From Armatimonadota bacterium (GTDB lineage: Bacteria; Sysuimicrobiota; Sysuimicrobiia; Sysuimicrobiales; Humicultoraceae): DNA of 22,380 bases. A model generated the notes under the pieces. It saw nothing but the letters and a program-made list of their open reading frames with translations, was not told where the DNA came from and searched no databases. The stretch covers positions 2,733 through 25,112 of the forward strand of contig JBBIJB010000022.1 of the NCBI GenBank assembly GCA_037446215.1, written 5' to 3'. Shown here one piece after another: positions 1-8,929 of the stretch (within the stretch, counting starts at the first letter, position 1; the number at the start of each line of letters is the position of its first letter). The translations under genes and the position numbers were made by a program.

Positions 1-1
1 G

Positions 2-730
2 TTCGCGTTTGTGGCGCTGGGCAGCGTGGCGCGGTACCTCGTCTGGGTGAACGTGCTGCTGGGCCTCTTCAACATGCTCCCGGGCTTCCCCCTCGACGGC
101 GGGCGCCTGCTGCGGGCCGGGCTGTGGAAGGCCCGGGGCAGCTTCCAGAGGGCCACCCGGATAGCGGCCAGGGTGGGGCAGGTGGTCGCGATGCTCTTCG
201 TCGGGGTCGGGCTGCTCTCACTGCTGACGCGGAGCCCGCTCACCGGCCTGTGGTTGATGCTCATCGGCTGGTTTCTCGACACCGGGGCGCAGTCATCCTA
301 CCAGCAGGTCGTTCTGAAGGGCGGCCTGGGAGGGGTTCGCATCGGCGAGATAATGGCGCGCGAGCTGCACACGATAGAGCCCGGGCTGACCGTCGAGCAG
401 GCGATAGCAAGCCACTTCCTTCCCTACCGACACGGCGGCTTTCCTGTGATGTTTGGGGACCACCTGATCGGCATTGTGACGCTCCAAGACGTCACCGGGG
501 TGCCGGCCGATCAGCGGGGAGAGGTCACGATTCGCCAGATCATGACCCCGCGCGAGCGCCTGAAGACGGTCTCCGTGCACGAGTCGGCCTACGACGCCTT
601 CACGCGGATGACGCGCGAGGGGATAGGCAGGCTGCTGGTGCTGGACAGGCACGGGGACCTGGCAGGCATAGTAACCCGTAGCGACCTGATGCACGTGCTG
701 CGGCTCCGCAGCGACGCAGAGGAGAAGTAG
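2..730 (+). CDS. Site-2 protease (peptidase M50 family) with C-terminal CBS domain pair; 5' truncated by window edge
   Basis: M50 motif FNMLPGFPLDGGR within hydrophobic helices, then two CBS repeats (GGFPV...LIGIVTLQD; IGRLLV...LAGIVTRSD). Frame is open from position 2. Confidence 0.9.
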   Translation, partial: FAFVALGSVARYLVWVNVLLGLFNMLPGFPLDGGRLLRAGLWKARGSFQRATRIAARVGQVVAMLFVGVGLLSLLTRSPLTGLWLMLIGWFLDTGAQSSYQQVVLKGGLGGVRIGEIMARELHTIEPGLTVEQAIASHFLPYRHGGFPVMFGDHLIGIVTLQDVTGVPADQRGEVTIRQIMTPRERLKTVSVHESAYDAFTRMTREGIGRLLVLDRHGDLAGIVTRSDLMHVLRLRSDAEEK

Positions 731-742
731 GCCGGCCCGGGC

Positions 743-1291
743 CTACCTGAGCAGGATCAGGGCTGCGATCGCGGCGAGCACCGCGAGGGTGATCGCCGGG
801 CCCGAGAGGCAGCCCGACCGTGCCTTTCCCTCGCCCGGCCGGCCTCCCCGGGAGGGAAGGCGCAGCACGCTCCGCGCGGAGAGCCGCGTGGCCTTCCGCA
901 GCGCCCTGACCGCCTCATCGGTTCGGCCAAGCTGTTTGTACAGCCCCCCGAGGTTCTGGTGGGCGACCCAGTAGTCGGGGTCGGCGGCCACGGCGCGCTC
1001 GTAGGCCTCGAGCGCCTGCTCGGTGCGCCCCTTCTCCCGGTGGACGTTGCCCAGGTTGCTCCACGCCGGGGCGTAGCGGGGGTCCAGCGCCACCGCCCTG
1101 GCGAACTCGGCCTCGGCCTCGTCCAGCCTCCTCTGGTGGACCAGGGCGATCCCGAGCTTGCTGCGCGCTACCGCGGAGCGAGGGTCTGCCTCGGCCGCCA
1201 GCCGCAGGGCCGCCTCGGCCTCCGGCCACTCGCCGGCCTCGAGGTGCGCCTCTCCCTGCGAAAGATGTGCCTCGCCCAATACCGGCTTCAT
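743..1291 (-). CDS. Tetratricopeptide repeat protein with C-terminal transmembrane anchor
   Basis: About 4 TPR repeats (e.g. APAWSNLGNVHREKGRTEQALEAYERAVAADP) and a hydrophobic C-terminus AITLAVLAAIAALILLR. ATG at 1291 preceded by GGGGTG. Confidence 0.85.
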   Translation of the reverse strand: MKPVLGEAHLSQGEAHLEAGEWPEAEAALRLAAEADPRSAVARSKLGIALVHQRRLDEAEAEFARAVALDPRYAPAWSNLGNVHREKGRTEQALEAYERAVAADPDYWVAHQNLGGLYKQLGRTDEAVRALRKATRLSARSVLRLPSRGGRPGEGKARSGCLSGPAITLAVLAAIAALILLR

Positions 1292-1342
1292 CGCCCATGC
1301 ACCCCGGCGCGCGCACACCGCGTGCGGCCCTATGTGCCAGTT

Positions 1343-1462
1343 CTACCTGTCGGTGGGTGTGCCCTGCGAGAGGGAGTTCTCCCATAGAGGAAGATCGGCG
1401 TAGACCGGCGGATCGTGGCCCTCGGCCGAGGCGGTAGACGGGACGCGCAGGACCCGCCTCAC
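1343..1462 (-). CDS. Putative 39-aa small protein (VRRVLRVPSTASAEGHDPPVYADLPLWENSLSQGTPTDR)
   Basis: GTG start overlaps the stop of the preceding small ORF (GTGA). SD-like GAGGTG 5 nt upstream. 32 of 39 codons end in G/C. Confidence 0.4.
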   Translation of the reverse strand: MRRVLRVPSTASAEGHDPPVYADLPLWENSLSQGTPTDR

Positions 1463-1608
1463 CGCACCACCTCGAGCAGCGACGCGGCCATCATGCACCC
1501 AACCAGGAGGACGAGCTTGAGGCTGACGCCCTTCCGATCGTCCCAGAAGTGAGCCCAGGCGCCGCCCTCGCGCCGGGCCGTATCCCTGCGGACCCTGCCG
1601 GTAGTCAT
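1459..1608 (-). CDS. Putative 49-aa small membrane protein translationally coupled to lexA
   Basis: ATG overlaps the lexA stop (ATGA). SD GGGGAGGG upstream. 44 of 49 codons end in G/C. Basic N-terminus plus hydrophobic segment VSLKLVLLVGCMMAASLLEVV. Confidence 0.65.
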   Translation of the reverse strand: MTTGRVRRDTARREGGAWAHFWDDRKGVSLKLVLLVGCMMAASLLEVVR

Positions 1609-2252
1609 GAGGCCCTCCCCGCGGAGTAACGCCGCAACAGGCCCGTAACCTTCCCAAGGATCTCGAACTCGCCGTCGATCGGGCCGAAGGAAGGGTTCTC
1701 TGCGCGGAGGTAGGGGCGTCCTCCGGCGTTGGCAAGCCTCTTGACGGTGGCCTCCTCGCCCCGGAGGGCTACGACTATCTCGCCGGGGGTCGCGTGCGAC
1801 TGGCATCGAACGACCACCATATCGCCGTCGAAGATCCCGGCCCCGGTCATGCTGTCGCCGCGCACGGTGAGCAGGAAGCTCTCCTCGTTCCACCCCACGA
1901 ACCTGCGGGGGACCGGGATCATCTCCTCGATGTGCCCCTCGGCCAGGAGAGGCACGCCCGCGGACACCCTTCCAAGCAGCGGAAGGCTGACGACATCGTC
2001 GCGGCCCGTCAGGTGGGCGGCGGCTCCGGTGAGCTCGATGACCCGCATCCGGTCGCCATCGCGCTTGAGATAGCCTTTGCGCTCGAGCGCGCCCAGGTGC
2101 TGGTGGACGGTCGACGGCGAGCGCATGCCCAGGGCTTGGCCTATCTCCCTGATGGAGGGGACGATGCCGGACCTGCGCATGCACGCGGCGATGTGGTCGA
2201 GGATCTGCCTCTGCCGCGAGGTGAGCTGTCGGGCCGTGCGGGGTTCTCCCAT
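1605..2252 (-). CDS. lexA: SOS transcriptional repressor LexA
   Basis: N-terminal wHTH (LTSRQRQILD...PSIREIG...SPSTVHQHL), Ala-Gly cleavage site (VSAGVP), catalytic Ser (GDSM) and Lys (ATVKRL). SD GGAGGTG. Confidence 0.97.
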   Translation of the reverse strand: MGEPRTARQLTSRQRQILDHIAACMRRSGIVPSIREIGQALGMRSPSTVHQHLGALERKGYLKRDGDRMRVIELTGAAAHLTGRDDVVSLPLLGRVSAGVPLLAEGHIEEMIPVPRRFVGWNEESFLLTVRGDSMTGAGIFDGDMVVVRCQSHATPGEIVVALRGEEATVKRLANAGGRPYLRAENPSFGPIDGEFEILGKVTGLLRRYSAGRAS

Positions 2253-2277
2253 GGGAACACCTCCGGCCCGAGGATAC

Positions 2278-2291
2278 CGAACGTATGTACG
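2278..2291. promoter_or_regulatory. LexA operator (SOS/Cheo box) 1, CGAACGTATGTACG
   Basis: One mismatch to CGAAC-N4-GTTCG, 25 nt upstream of the lexA start. Confidence 0.8.
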
Positions 2292-2311
2292 TATATCAAG
2301 GGTGGTTAATG

Positions 2312-2325
2312 CGAACGTTTGTGCG
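2312..2325. promoter_or_regulatory. LexA operator (SOS/Cheo box) 2, CGAACGTTTGTGCG
   Basis: One mismatch to CGAAC-N4-GTTCG, in the relatively AT-rich lexA promoter region. Confidence 0.75.
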
Positions 2326-2340
2326 GTATTCCCTCTGGAG

Positions 2341-2386
2341 GCGGCGTGGGGCCGCCCGGTCTCGTCCGGACGGCCCTTTTCGCCGC
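2341..2386. terminator. GC-rich stem-loop between the dehydratase stop and the lexA promoter (possible terminator or insulator)
   Basis: GCGGCG(2341-46)/CGCCGC(2381-86), GGGCCG(2349-54)/CGGCCC(2371-76), CCGG(2356-59)/CCGG(2366-69). The T-run lies on the + strand only. Confidence 0.45.
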
Positions 2387-2415
2387 GTTGCTTTCGATTT
2401 CGCCCCGGGCGTGCC

Positions 2416-3360
2416 CTAGCCTGCCCCTTCCGACAGCAGGCGCGAGAGGAGTGCCGGGTCTATGTTGCCCCCGCTGATGATAGCGACCGCGGGCCGTTCC
2501 TTTATCAGGCCTGACTCGATCGCGGCCAGGGCGATGGCGCCCGAGGGCTCGACCACGAGGTGGCCCTCGAGGCAGAGCCGGCGGACCGCGGCGAGGATGG
2601 CGTCGTCGTCCACCTTCACGAAGTCGTCCACGTAGCGGGAGGCGATCTCCCAGGTGAGCTCCCCGGTCTCCTCGGCGCGGAGCCCGTCTGCCACGGTGTC
2701 CACCGATCGCACGGCCACGCGCCTACCCGCCTCGCGGGAGGCCGAGAACCTCGCCACGTTCATCGGCTCCACCCCCACCACGCGCGCCTTGGGCCTCAGC
2801 AGCTTGACCGCGGTGGCGACTCCGCTCAGCAGCCCGCCCCCGCTGACCGGAACGGCTACCACCGCGACCTCGGGAATCTGCTCGATCACCTCCAGGCCGC
2901 ACGTGCCCTGGCCCGAGACGACCAGCGGGTCGTCAAACGACGGGACCATGTGCAGCCCGCGCTCAGCGGCGATCTTGCGGGCCAGCACGTACCGCTCGCC
3001 CATGGTCTTGCCGCAGAGCACCAGCGCGGCGCCATATCCGACGATCCCGGCGGCCTTGTTGGGGGGAACCGTCTCCGGCACGACCACCACCGCGGGTATC
3101 CCGAGGCGGGAGGCCACATAGGCCACCGCCTGCCCGTGGTTGCCGGAGGAGGCGGTCACGACGCCGGCCGTCCCGGCGGGCAGCGCGCGCAGGTGGTTGG
3201 TGGCCCCGCGCACCTTGAACGCGCCGGTGGGCTGGAGACTCTCCAGCTTGAGGTGGACCCCCCCCTCGCCCCACGGGTGGAGGGGGGTGCGGCGGACGGT
3301 CCCGGCGATCCTGTCGGCGGCCTGCCTGATATCTTCCAGGGTCGGGATCTCCCTGCTCAA
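2416..3360 (-). CDS. PLP-dependent threonine/serine dehydratase family protein (no ACT regulatory domain)
   Basis: [16 protein letters not shown] (PLP Lys), SSGNHGQ, VSGGGL, ISGGN. TTG start at 3360 overlaps the gcvPB stop (TTGA), with SD GGAGG. Confidence 0.9.
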   Translation of the reverse strand: MSREIPTLEDIRQAADRIAGTVRRTPLHPWGEGGVHLKLESLQPTGAFKVRGATNHLRALPAGTAGVVTASSGNHGQAVAYVASRLGIPAVVVVPETVPPNKAAGIVGYGAALVLCGKTMGERYVLARKIAAERGLHMVPSFDDPLVVSGQGTCGLEVIEQIPEVAVVAVPVSGGGLLSGVATAVKLLRPKARVVGVEPMNVARFSASREAGRRVAVRSVDTVADGLRAEETGELTWEIASRYVDDFVKVDDDAILAAVRRLCLEGHLVVEPSGAIALAAIESGLIKERPAVAIISGGNIDPALLSRLLSEGAG

Positions 3361-4835
3361 CTCTCGGCCTCCCCTCCGGGCTCCGGGCGCCATCTCAGGT
3401 TCAGCTTCCGGGCCGCGGTCACTTCGTCGAGCCGCTTGACGACCGTGTCGTGAGGAGCGCTGCGCACCCTATCGGGATCGGTGGCGCACTCCTGGGCGAC
3501 GCTTATCATCGCCTCGACGAACCGGTCGAGCGTCTCGCGGCTCTCCGTCTCAGTGGGCTCGATCATTATCGCTTCGTCCACGATCAGGGGGAAGTACACG
3601 GTGGGCGCATGGAACCCGTGGTCCAGGAGACGCTTCGCCATGTCACGCGTCGTCACGCCGTGCTGGGCCTTCTGCCGCCTCCCCGAGAGTACAAACTCGT
3701 GCATGCAGACCCGGTCGTAGGGCAGGGCGAAATGCTCCCTCAGCCTGGCCAGCAGGTAGTTCGCGTTTAGAACCGCCGCCTCGGAGACCTGCCGGAGCAG
3801 CGGGCCGTACGCCATGATGTAGGCGTAGGTACGTACGAAGATGCCGAAGTTGCCCCAGAACGCCCTCACGCGGCCGATCGACTTCGGCCGGTCGTCGTCC
3901 AGGTAGAACCGGTCGCCGTCGCGCTCGACGGTCGGGACCGGCATGTACGGCGCGAGGAACTTCTTGGCCGCGACAGGCCCGGCGCCCGGACCGCCGCCGC
4001 CGTGGGGGGTGCCGAAGGTCTTGTGGACGTTCATGTGCATGACGTCGAAGCCCTGGTCTCCGGGGCGCGTGATCCCCAGCACCGCGTTGAAGTTGGCGCC
4101 GTCCAGGTACATCAGACCGCCGCACCCGTGGACGATCTCCGCTACCTCGCAGACGCCCTCCTCGAACAGGCCGAGCGTGTTGGGGTTGGTCAGCATCAGC
4201 GCCGCCACCGAGTCGTCGGCCACCTGGCGGAGGGCATCGTGGTCTATGTTCCCCCTCTTGTCGCTCTTGACCGTTGTGACCTGGAAGCCGCACATCGCCG
4301 CCGAGGCGGGGTTGGTGCCGTGCGCGGAGTCCGGCACGATGACGCGGGGCCGCCGCTCGCCGCGATCCTCGTGGTAGGCGCGGATCATCATCAGGGCGGC
4401 CATCTCTCCGTGCGCGCCGGCAGAGGGCTGGAAGGTCACACGGTCCATCCCGGAGACCTCGCAGAGCAGCCGCTCGAGACGCCACAGCATCTCCAGCGCC
4501 CCCTGGGCCAGCTCAGGCGGGGTGTTGGGGTGGAGCCGCGCAAACCCCGGAAGGCGGGCGGCGTCCTCGTTGACCTTCGGGTTGAACTTCATCGTGCATG
4601 AGCCGAGCGGGTAGAAGCCCGTGTCGACGGCGTAGTTGCGCTGAGAGAGGCGCGTGTAGTGGCGCACGAGATCCAGCTCGCTCACCTCTGGAAGCGCGGG
4701 CGGCCGTGACCGGAGGTTGCCGGCACCCACTATCTCCTCCAGGGGGGTCTCGGGAACGCCGGGATCCTGAAGGGAGACGGCGATCCGCCCGGGGAGGCTG
4801 TGCTCGAAGATGATCGGGAAGTCGGCGTCGTTCAC
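3357..4835 (-). CDS. gcvPB: Glycine dehydrogenase (decarboxylating) subunit 2
   Basis: [42 protein letters not shown] (PLP Lys), EPTETES. GTG start at 4835 overlaps the gcvPA stop. Confidence 0.97.
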   Translation of the reverse strand: MNDADFPIIFEHSLPGRIAVSLQDPGVPETPLEEIVGAGNLRSRPPALPEVSELDLVRHYTRLSQRNYAVDTGFYPLGSCTMKFNPKVNEDAARLPGFARLHPNTPPELAQGALEMLWRLERLLCEVSGMDRVTFQPSAGAHGEMAALMMIRAYHEDRGERRPRVIVPDSAHGTNPASAAMCGFQVTTVKSDKRGNIDHDALRQVADDSVAALMLTNPNTLGLFEEGVCEVAEIVHGCGGLMYLDGANFNAVLGITRPGDQGFDVMHMNVHKTFGTPHGGGGPGAGPVAAKKFLAPYMPVPTVERDGDRFYLDDDRPKSIGRVRAFWGNFGIFVRTYAYIMAYGPLLRQVSEAAVLNANYLLARLREHFALPYDRVCMHEFVLSGRRQKAQHGVTTRDMAKRLLDHGFHAPTVYFPLIVDEAIMIEPTETESRETLDRFVEAMISVAQECATDPDRVRSAPHDTVVKRLDEVTAARKLNLRWRPEPGGEAES

Positions 4836-6247
4836 TTGGCGGCACCTGCCTTTCCGGTTGCCCTGCTGCGCCTGCGCGTCGAGCGCACGGCCCACCTGAC
4901 GGCGTCCACCAGCCCATCTATCTCGGCGGGGCTGCGCGCCTCGGTCACGCAGAGCAGCCAGGCGTTCTCGAGCTCCGGGTACCAGCGCCGAAGCGCCAGC
5001 CCGCCCAGTATTCCTCTCTCCAGAAGGCGCTCGTTGAGCGTCTCGGGATCGATCGGGCACTCCAGCACGAACTCGTTGAAGACCGGCGCGTCGAAGGCCG
5101 GCCGAAAGCCCCGGAGGGAGCACAGCCGCTCCTTCGCGTAGTGCGCGCGCCGCGCGTTCACCTCTGCCACGCGGCGGATGCCCTGGGGTCCAAGGGCCGC
5201 CATGTAGACCCCCGCCGCCAGCGCGTTGAGGGCCTCGTTGGTGCAGATGTTGCTGGTGGCCTTCTCGCGCCGGATGTGCTGCTCCCTGGTCTGCAGGGTG
5301 AGGACGAACCCCCTCTTGCCCTCGCGGTCCACCGTGGCGCCGACCAGCCGGCCCGGCATCCTCCGTACGTAGTCCTGCTTGGCGGCTAGCGTGCCCAGGT
5401 ACGGCCCTCCGAAGTTGAGGTGGTTGCCCAGCGGCTGCCCCTCTCCGGCGACGATGTCCGCGCCGTAAGCCCCGGGGGGCTCGAGCAGGCCGAGGCTGAT
5501 CGGCTCGACGACCGCGACCACCAGCATCGCGCCGGCGGCATGAGCGGCCTCGGCCAGCGCTCCGCCCGCCTCTATGCATCCGAAGACGTTGGGGGACTGA
5601 ACGATGACGGCGGCCGTCCCGTCTCCGGCGGCCTCCCTTACCGCCTCCGGGGTCGTGACTCCGCCCTCGTGGGGGAGTTCCTTCACCCCGATCCCCAGGT
5701 GGTGGGTATAGGTGCGCAGCGTCTCCCGATAGTGGGGGTGTACCGCCCCGGAGACCAGCACCTCGTCTCGCCGGGTCAGGTCGCGGGCCATGACGGCCGC
5801 CTCGCCGAGCGCGCTCGCGCCGTCGTACATCGAGGCGTTGGCCACATCCATTCCCGTCAACTCGCACATCATCGACTGGTACTCGTAGGCGGCCTGCAGC
5901 TCTCCCTGCATCAACTCCGCCTGATAGGGGGTATAGGCGGTCACGAACTCCGCGCGCCCCGCGAGGTGCCAGACGACGCTGGGGACCTCGTGGTCGTATG
6001 CGCCTCCGCCGAGGAAGCAGGTCAGGGTATCGGCGTCGCCGTTGGCCTCCGCCAGGGCGCGCATGTGAGCGAGGAGCTCGCCGTCCGGCATCGGCGGCGG
6101 TAGGTCGAGCCGCTTCTCGACCCGCACCGCGGCGGGTATCTCGGCGAACAACTCCGCCACCGAGCCCTTGCCGATGACGCGGAGCATCTCGTCGCGCTCA
6201 TCGGCGGTCATCGGGATGTACTTGTGGGGAACCCAGGGGGTGGACAT
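4832..6247 (-). CDS. gcvPA: Glycine dehydrogenase (decarboxylating) subunit 1
   Basis: [49 protein letters not shown] at 6247. Confidence 0.97.
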   Translation of the reverse strand: MSTPWVPHKYIPMTADERDEMLRVIGKGSVAELFAEIPAAVRVEKRLDLPPPMPDGELLAHMRALAEANGDADTLTCFLGGGAYDHEVPSVVWHLAGRAEFVTAYTPYQAELMQGELQAAYEYQSMMCELTGMDVANASMYDGASALGEAAVMARDLTRRDEVLVSGAVHPHYRETLRTYTHHLGIGVKELPHEGGVTTPEAVREAAGDGTAAVIVQSPNVFGCIEAGGALAEAAHAAGAMLVVAVVEPISLGLLEPPGAYGADIVAGEGQPLGNHLNFGGPYLGTLAAKQDYVRRMPGRLVGATVDREGKRGFVLTLQTREQHIRREKATSNICTNEALNALAAGVYMAALGPQGIRRVAEVNARRAHYAKERLCSLRGFRPAFDAPVFNEFVLECPIDPETLNERLLERGILGGLALRRWYPELENAWLLCVTEARSPAEIDGLVDAVRWAVRSTRRRSRATGKAGAAK

Positions 6248-6248
6248 C

Positions 6249-6641
6249 CTATCCCTCTCCCTCCTCGGAGGCGACGAACTCGCCGTAGGCGGCGGCATCC
6301 ATCAGCCCCTCCCACTCCGCCTCGTCGGAGGCCTCGAGGACGACCATCCACGCGGTGCCGTGGGGGTCCTGGTTCACGATCTCCGGTGTCTCCATGACCG
6401 CGGCGTTGGCCTCGGCGATCTTGCCGGAGATCGGAGCGTAGAGGTCGCTGGCGGCCTTGACCGACTCGATCGCCCCGAATGCCTCGCCGGCCTTCACCTC
6501 GGCGCCCACCTTCGGGAGCTCGACGAACACTATGTCGCTGAGGCGCTCCGCCGCGAAGGAGGTGATCCCTACGCGGACAAGGCCGTCCTCACGCTTGGCC
6601 CACTCGTGGTCCTTCGTGTACTTGCGGTCGTCCGGGTACAT
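6249..6641 (-). CDS. gcvH: Glycine cleavage system H protein
   Basis: YTKDHEW, lipoyl-Lys motif IESVKAASDLYAPISG. Confidence 0.97.
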   Translation of the reverse strand: MYPDDRKYTKDHEWAKREDGLVRVGITSFAAERLSDIVFVELPKVGAEVKAGEAFGAIESVKAASDLYAPISGKIAEANAAVMETPEIVNQDPHGTAWMVVLEASDEAEWEGLMDAAAYGEFVASEEGEG

Positions 6642-6689
6642 CGCTCACCTCGTGTGCGCCGAAGGCGTCTCTCGGCGCGTGATGACTGA

Positions 6690-7790
6690 TCAGCGGCCCT
6701 TCCTCTTGTAGAAGGGCAGCCGTACCACCCTGGCGGGAACCCTCCTTCCCCTTACCTCCACCTCCAGCTCCTTCCCCGTCGCCCACTCCCGCTGGACGTA
6801 GCCCATAGCTATCGGGCGCCGCAGCGTGGGAGAGAAAGTCCCGCTGGTCACCGACCCGATCCGCGCCTCTCCCCCGAGGATGGGGGCTCCGTGGCGCGGG
6901 ATGGCGCGCTCCTCCGCCTCGATCCCTACCAGGCGGCGCGAGATGCCTCTCCTGCGCTGCTCCACCAGTGCCTCCCTGCCGACAAACGTCTCCTTGTCGA
7001 AGCTGACGGTCCACGAGAGAGGCGCCTCCAGGGGAGAGGTGGTCTCGTCTATGTCCTGCCCGTAGAGCATCATCCCGGACTCGAGCCGCAGGGTGTCGCG
7101 GGCCCCTAGCCCTACCGGAGTCAGGCCGCCGGGGCCGGCAGCGGCGAACAGCCCTTCCCAGACGGCCGCCGCCTCGCCCCAGGGCGCCGAGATCTCGAAG
7201 CCGTCCTCGCCGGTGTACCCGGTCCTCGCCACCGTTACCTCCGCGCCGGCGACCCGGAATCCGCTCGCTATCTGGAAGGGCTGCATCCGGGAATAGTCGG
7301 CGCCGGAGGCCTCCGAGAGGATCGCCTCCGCCCGCGGTCCCTGCAGCGCCAGGAGCGCCACCTCGTCCGAGATGTCGTGAACGGCGGCTTCGGCCGCGTG
7401 CTCCCTGATCCAGGACAGGTCCGCGGCGGACCTGGAGGCATTGACCACCATCATGTAGGCGTCATCGTCCACGCGGAAGACGATCAGGTCGTCCACGATT
7501 CCACCCGTGGGGTTGCACATCGGCGAGTAGAGGCCCGCTCCGACGGCCAGCCGGGAGACGTCGTTGGTAAGGAGGCGTTGCAGCGCCGCGAGCGCCGCCG
7601 GGCCCTCGATCCGAACCTCCCCCATGTGAGAGACGTCGAACAGCCCCGCGCGGGTGCGCACCGCGCGGTGCTCCTCTACCACACCGCCGTACTGAATCGG
7701 CATCTCCCACCCTGCGAAGGGCACCATCCGGGCCCCTGCCGCGACATGGATCTCGTAGAGGGGGGTACGCCTCGCCCTCTGCTCCGACAT
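6690..7790 (-). CDS. gcvT: Glycine cleavage system aminomethyltransferase T
   Basis: RTPLY, FAGWEMP, LFDVSHMG, RTGYTGEDGFE, GLGARDTLRLE. Confidence 0.97.
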   Translation of the reverse strand: MSEQRARRTPLYEIHVAAGARMVPFAGWEMPIQYGGVVEEHRAVRTRAGLFDVSHMGEVRIEGPAALAALQRLLTNDVSRLAVGAGLYSPMCNPTGGIVDDLIVFRVDDDAYMMVVNASRSAADLSWIREHAAEAAVHDISDEVALLALQGPRAEAILSEASGADYSRMQPFQIASGFRVAGAEVTVARTGYTGEDGFEISAPWGEAAAVWEGLFAAAGPGGLTPVGLGARDTLRLESGMMLYGQDIDETTSPLEAPLSWTVSFDKETFVGREALVEQRRRGISRRLVGIEAEERAIPRHGAPILGGEARIGSVTSGTFSPTLRRPIAMGYVQREWATGKELEVEVRGRRVPARVVRLPFYKRKGR

Positions 7791-8434
7791 CAGCCGCCCT
7801 CCTCGGGAATCCCTCCGCCGGCTAGAAGGTCGCAGACCGCCTCGTCCTCCAGCTGCCTGAAGTCGTCGTAGAACTGCCCGACGGCCTGGAACATCACGGG
7901 CGCGGAGAGGCAGACCACCTCGTCCGCCTCTTCAGCCATCCGTGCCACGCCCTCGGGTGGAGCCACCGGCACCGCCGCGACGAGGTGGGCCGGCCCCAGC
8001 GCCCTGACGGACCTGAGGGCCGCCACCATCGTGGCGCCGGTGGCTATGCCGTCGTCGGTGACGATCGCCGTCCGGCCGTCCAGCGGGGGTATGCGTCGCG
8101 CTCCCCGGTAGGCCAGGACGCGCCGTTTGATCTCGGCTTCCTGCTCCGCTATCTCGCCGTCGATGTAGCGCTGGTCGACTCCCCTGGCCGACTCGTCGTC
8201 GATCGCAACCGCGCCGCCCTCCGCGACGGCACCGATGGCGAACTCGGGGTTGAAGGGCGCCCTCAGCTTGCGCGGCACGACGACCTCGATGGGCGCGCCG
8301 AGGTGGTCGGCTATCTCCCGGCCGACGACCACGCCTCCCCGCGGTATCGCGATCACGCAGGGGCGGCGGTGGCGCAGGTGCTCCAGGGCCCTGGCAAGCC
8401 TGCGACCCGCGTCCTTGCGGTCAGAGAAGATCAT
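7790..8434 (-). CDS. Phosphoribosyltransferase family protein
   Basis: FSDRKDAGRRLA, IPRGGV, PRPP-binding motif VTDDGIATGATM, AVGQFY. Confidence 0.9.
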   Translation of the reverse strand: MIFSDRKDAGRRLARALEHLRHRRPCVIAIPRGGVVVGREIADHLGAPIEVVVPRKLRAPFNPEFAIGAVAEGGAVAIDDESARGVDQRYIDGEIAEQEAEIKRRVLAYRGARRIPPLDGRTAIVTDDGIATGATMVAALRSVRALGPAHLVAAVPVAPPEGVARMAEEADEVVCLSAPVMFQAVGQFYDDFRQLEDEAVCDLLAGGGIPEEGG

Positions 8435-8445
8435 CTTCGCAAACG

Positions 8446-8904
8446 TCAGGCCTCACCCACGGCCCGCAGCTCTTCCTCGGAGAGGGTGAAGGTGGACCGC
8501 CCGCCCGAGATCGGCTTGGCGTACGCCCTTGCTCCTTCCCGGTCGTTGAGGACGCTGATCACGACGCCGTCCTGCCGGGCATCGAGCAACGCCAGGCTGA
8601 AGCTGAGGTGGCCTCCCATCTCCCTGAAGGCATCGTATCTGACCAGGGCCACACGCTGCAATGACCGCTGGGTCGTCTCGGCGAGCCTGTCCACCCTTCC
8701 GGACAACCGCTCGGTCTGCCGCGCCGCGGAAGCGGTCTCGCGCTCGGCCGCGGCTATTCGGTCGAGCACGCCGGTTTCGCCGCGCAGCGCCGCCACCTCG
8801 CGCGACAGCGCGCGCAGCCGCAAGGCGGCCAGCAGCAGCGCAAGCGCGAGTACGGCGACCGCGCCCAGCGAGTAGATGTCAAGAGGGTCTATGCCTGCGG
8901 GCAT
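8446..8904 (-). CDS. DUF4446 family membrane-anchored protein
   Basis: N-terminal TM helix, coiled coil, then VRYDAFREMGGHLSFSLALLD...YAKPI...LSEEE as typical of DUF4446. ATG at 8904 with SD GAGGAGG. Confidence 0.8.
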   Translation of the reverse strand: MPAGIDPLDIYSLGAVAVLALALLLAALRLRALSREVAALRGETGVLDRIAAAERETASAARQTERLSGRVDRLAETTQRSLQRVALVRYDAFREMGGHLSFSLALLDARQDGVVISVLNDREGARAYAKPISGGRSTFTLSEEELRAVGEA

Positions 8905-8929
8905 GGTCGACCACCGCCTCCTCGCATGA

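Noticed and set aside
1459..1608. Flp/type IV prepilin interpretation of the 49-aa ORF (FWDDRKG|VSLKL)
   Set aside because: It lacks the conserved Glu+5 (and Flp Tyr+6), has almost no mature domain after the helix, and no tad/pil genes are nearby.
3357..5867. 836-aa ORF suggesting a long or fused glycine dehydrogenase
   Set aside because: The first 344 codons are an alternative frame of gcvPA with no protein-like signal. The true gcvPB begins at GTG 4835, overlapping the gcvPA stop.
7791..7990. Glycine riboswitch upstream of gcvT
   Set aside because: The region is fully occupied by PRTase coding sequence overlapping the gcvT start, and no aptamer motif was recognised.
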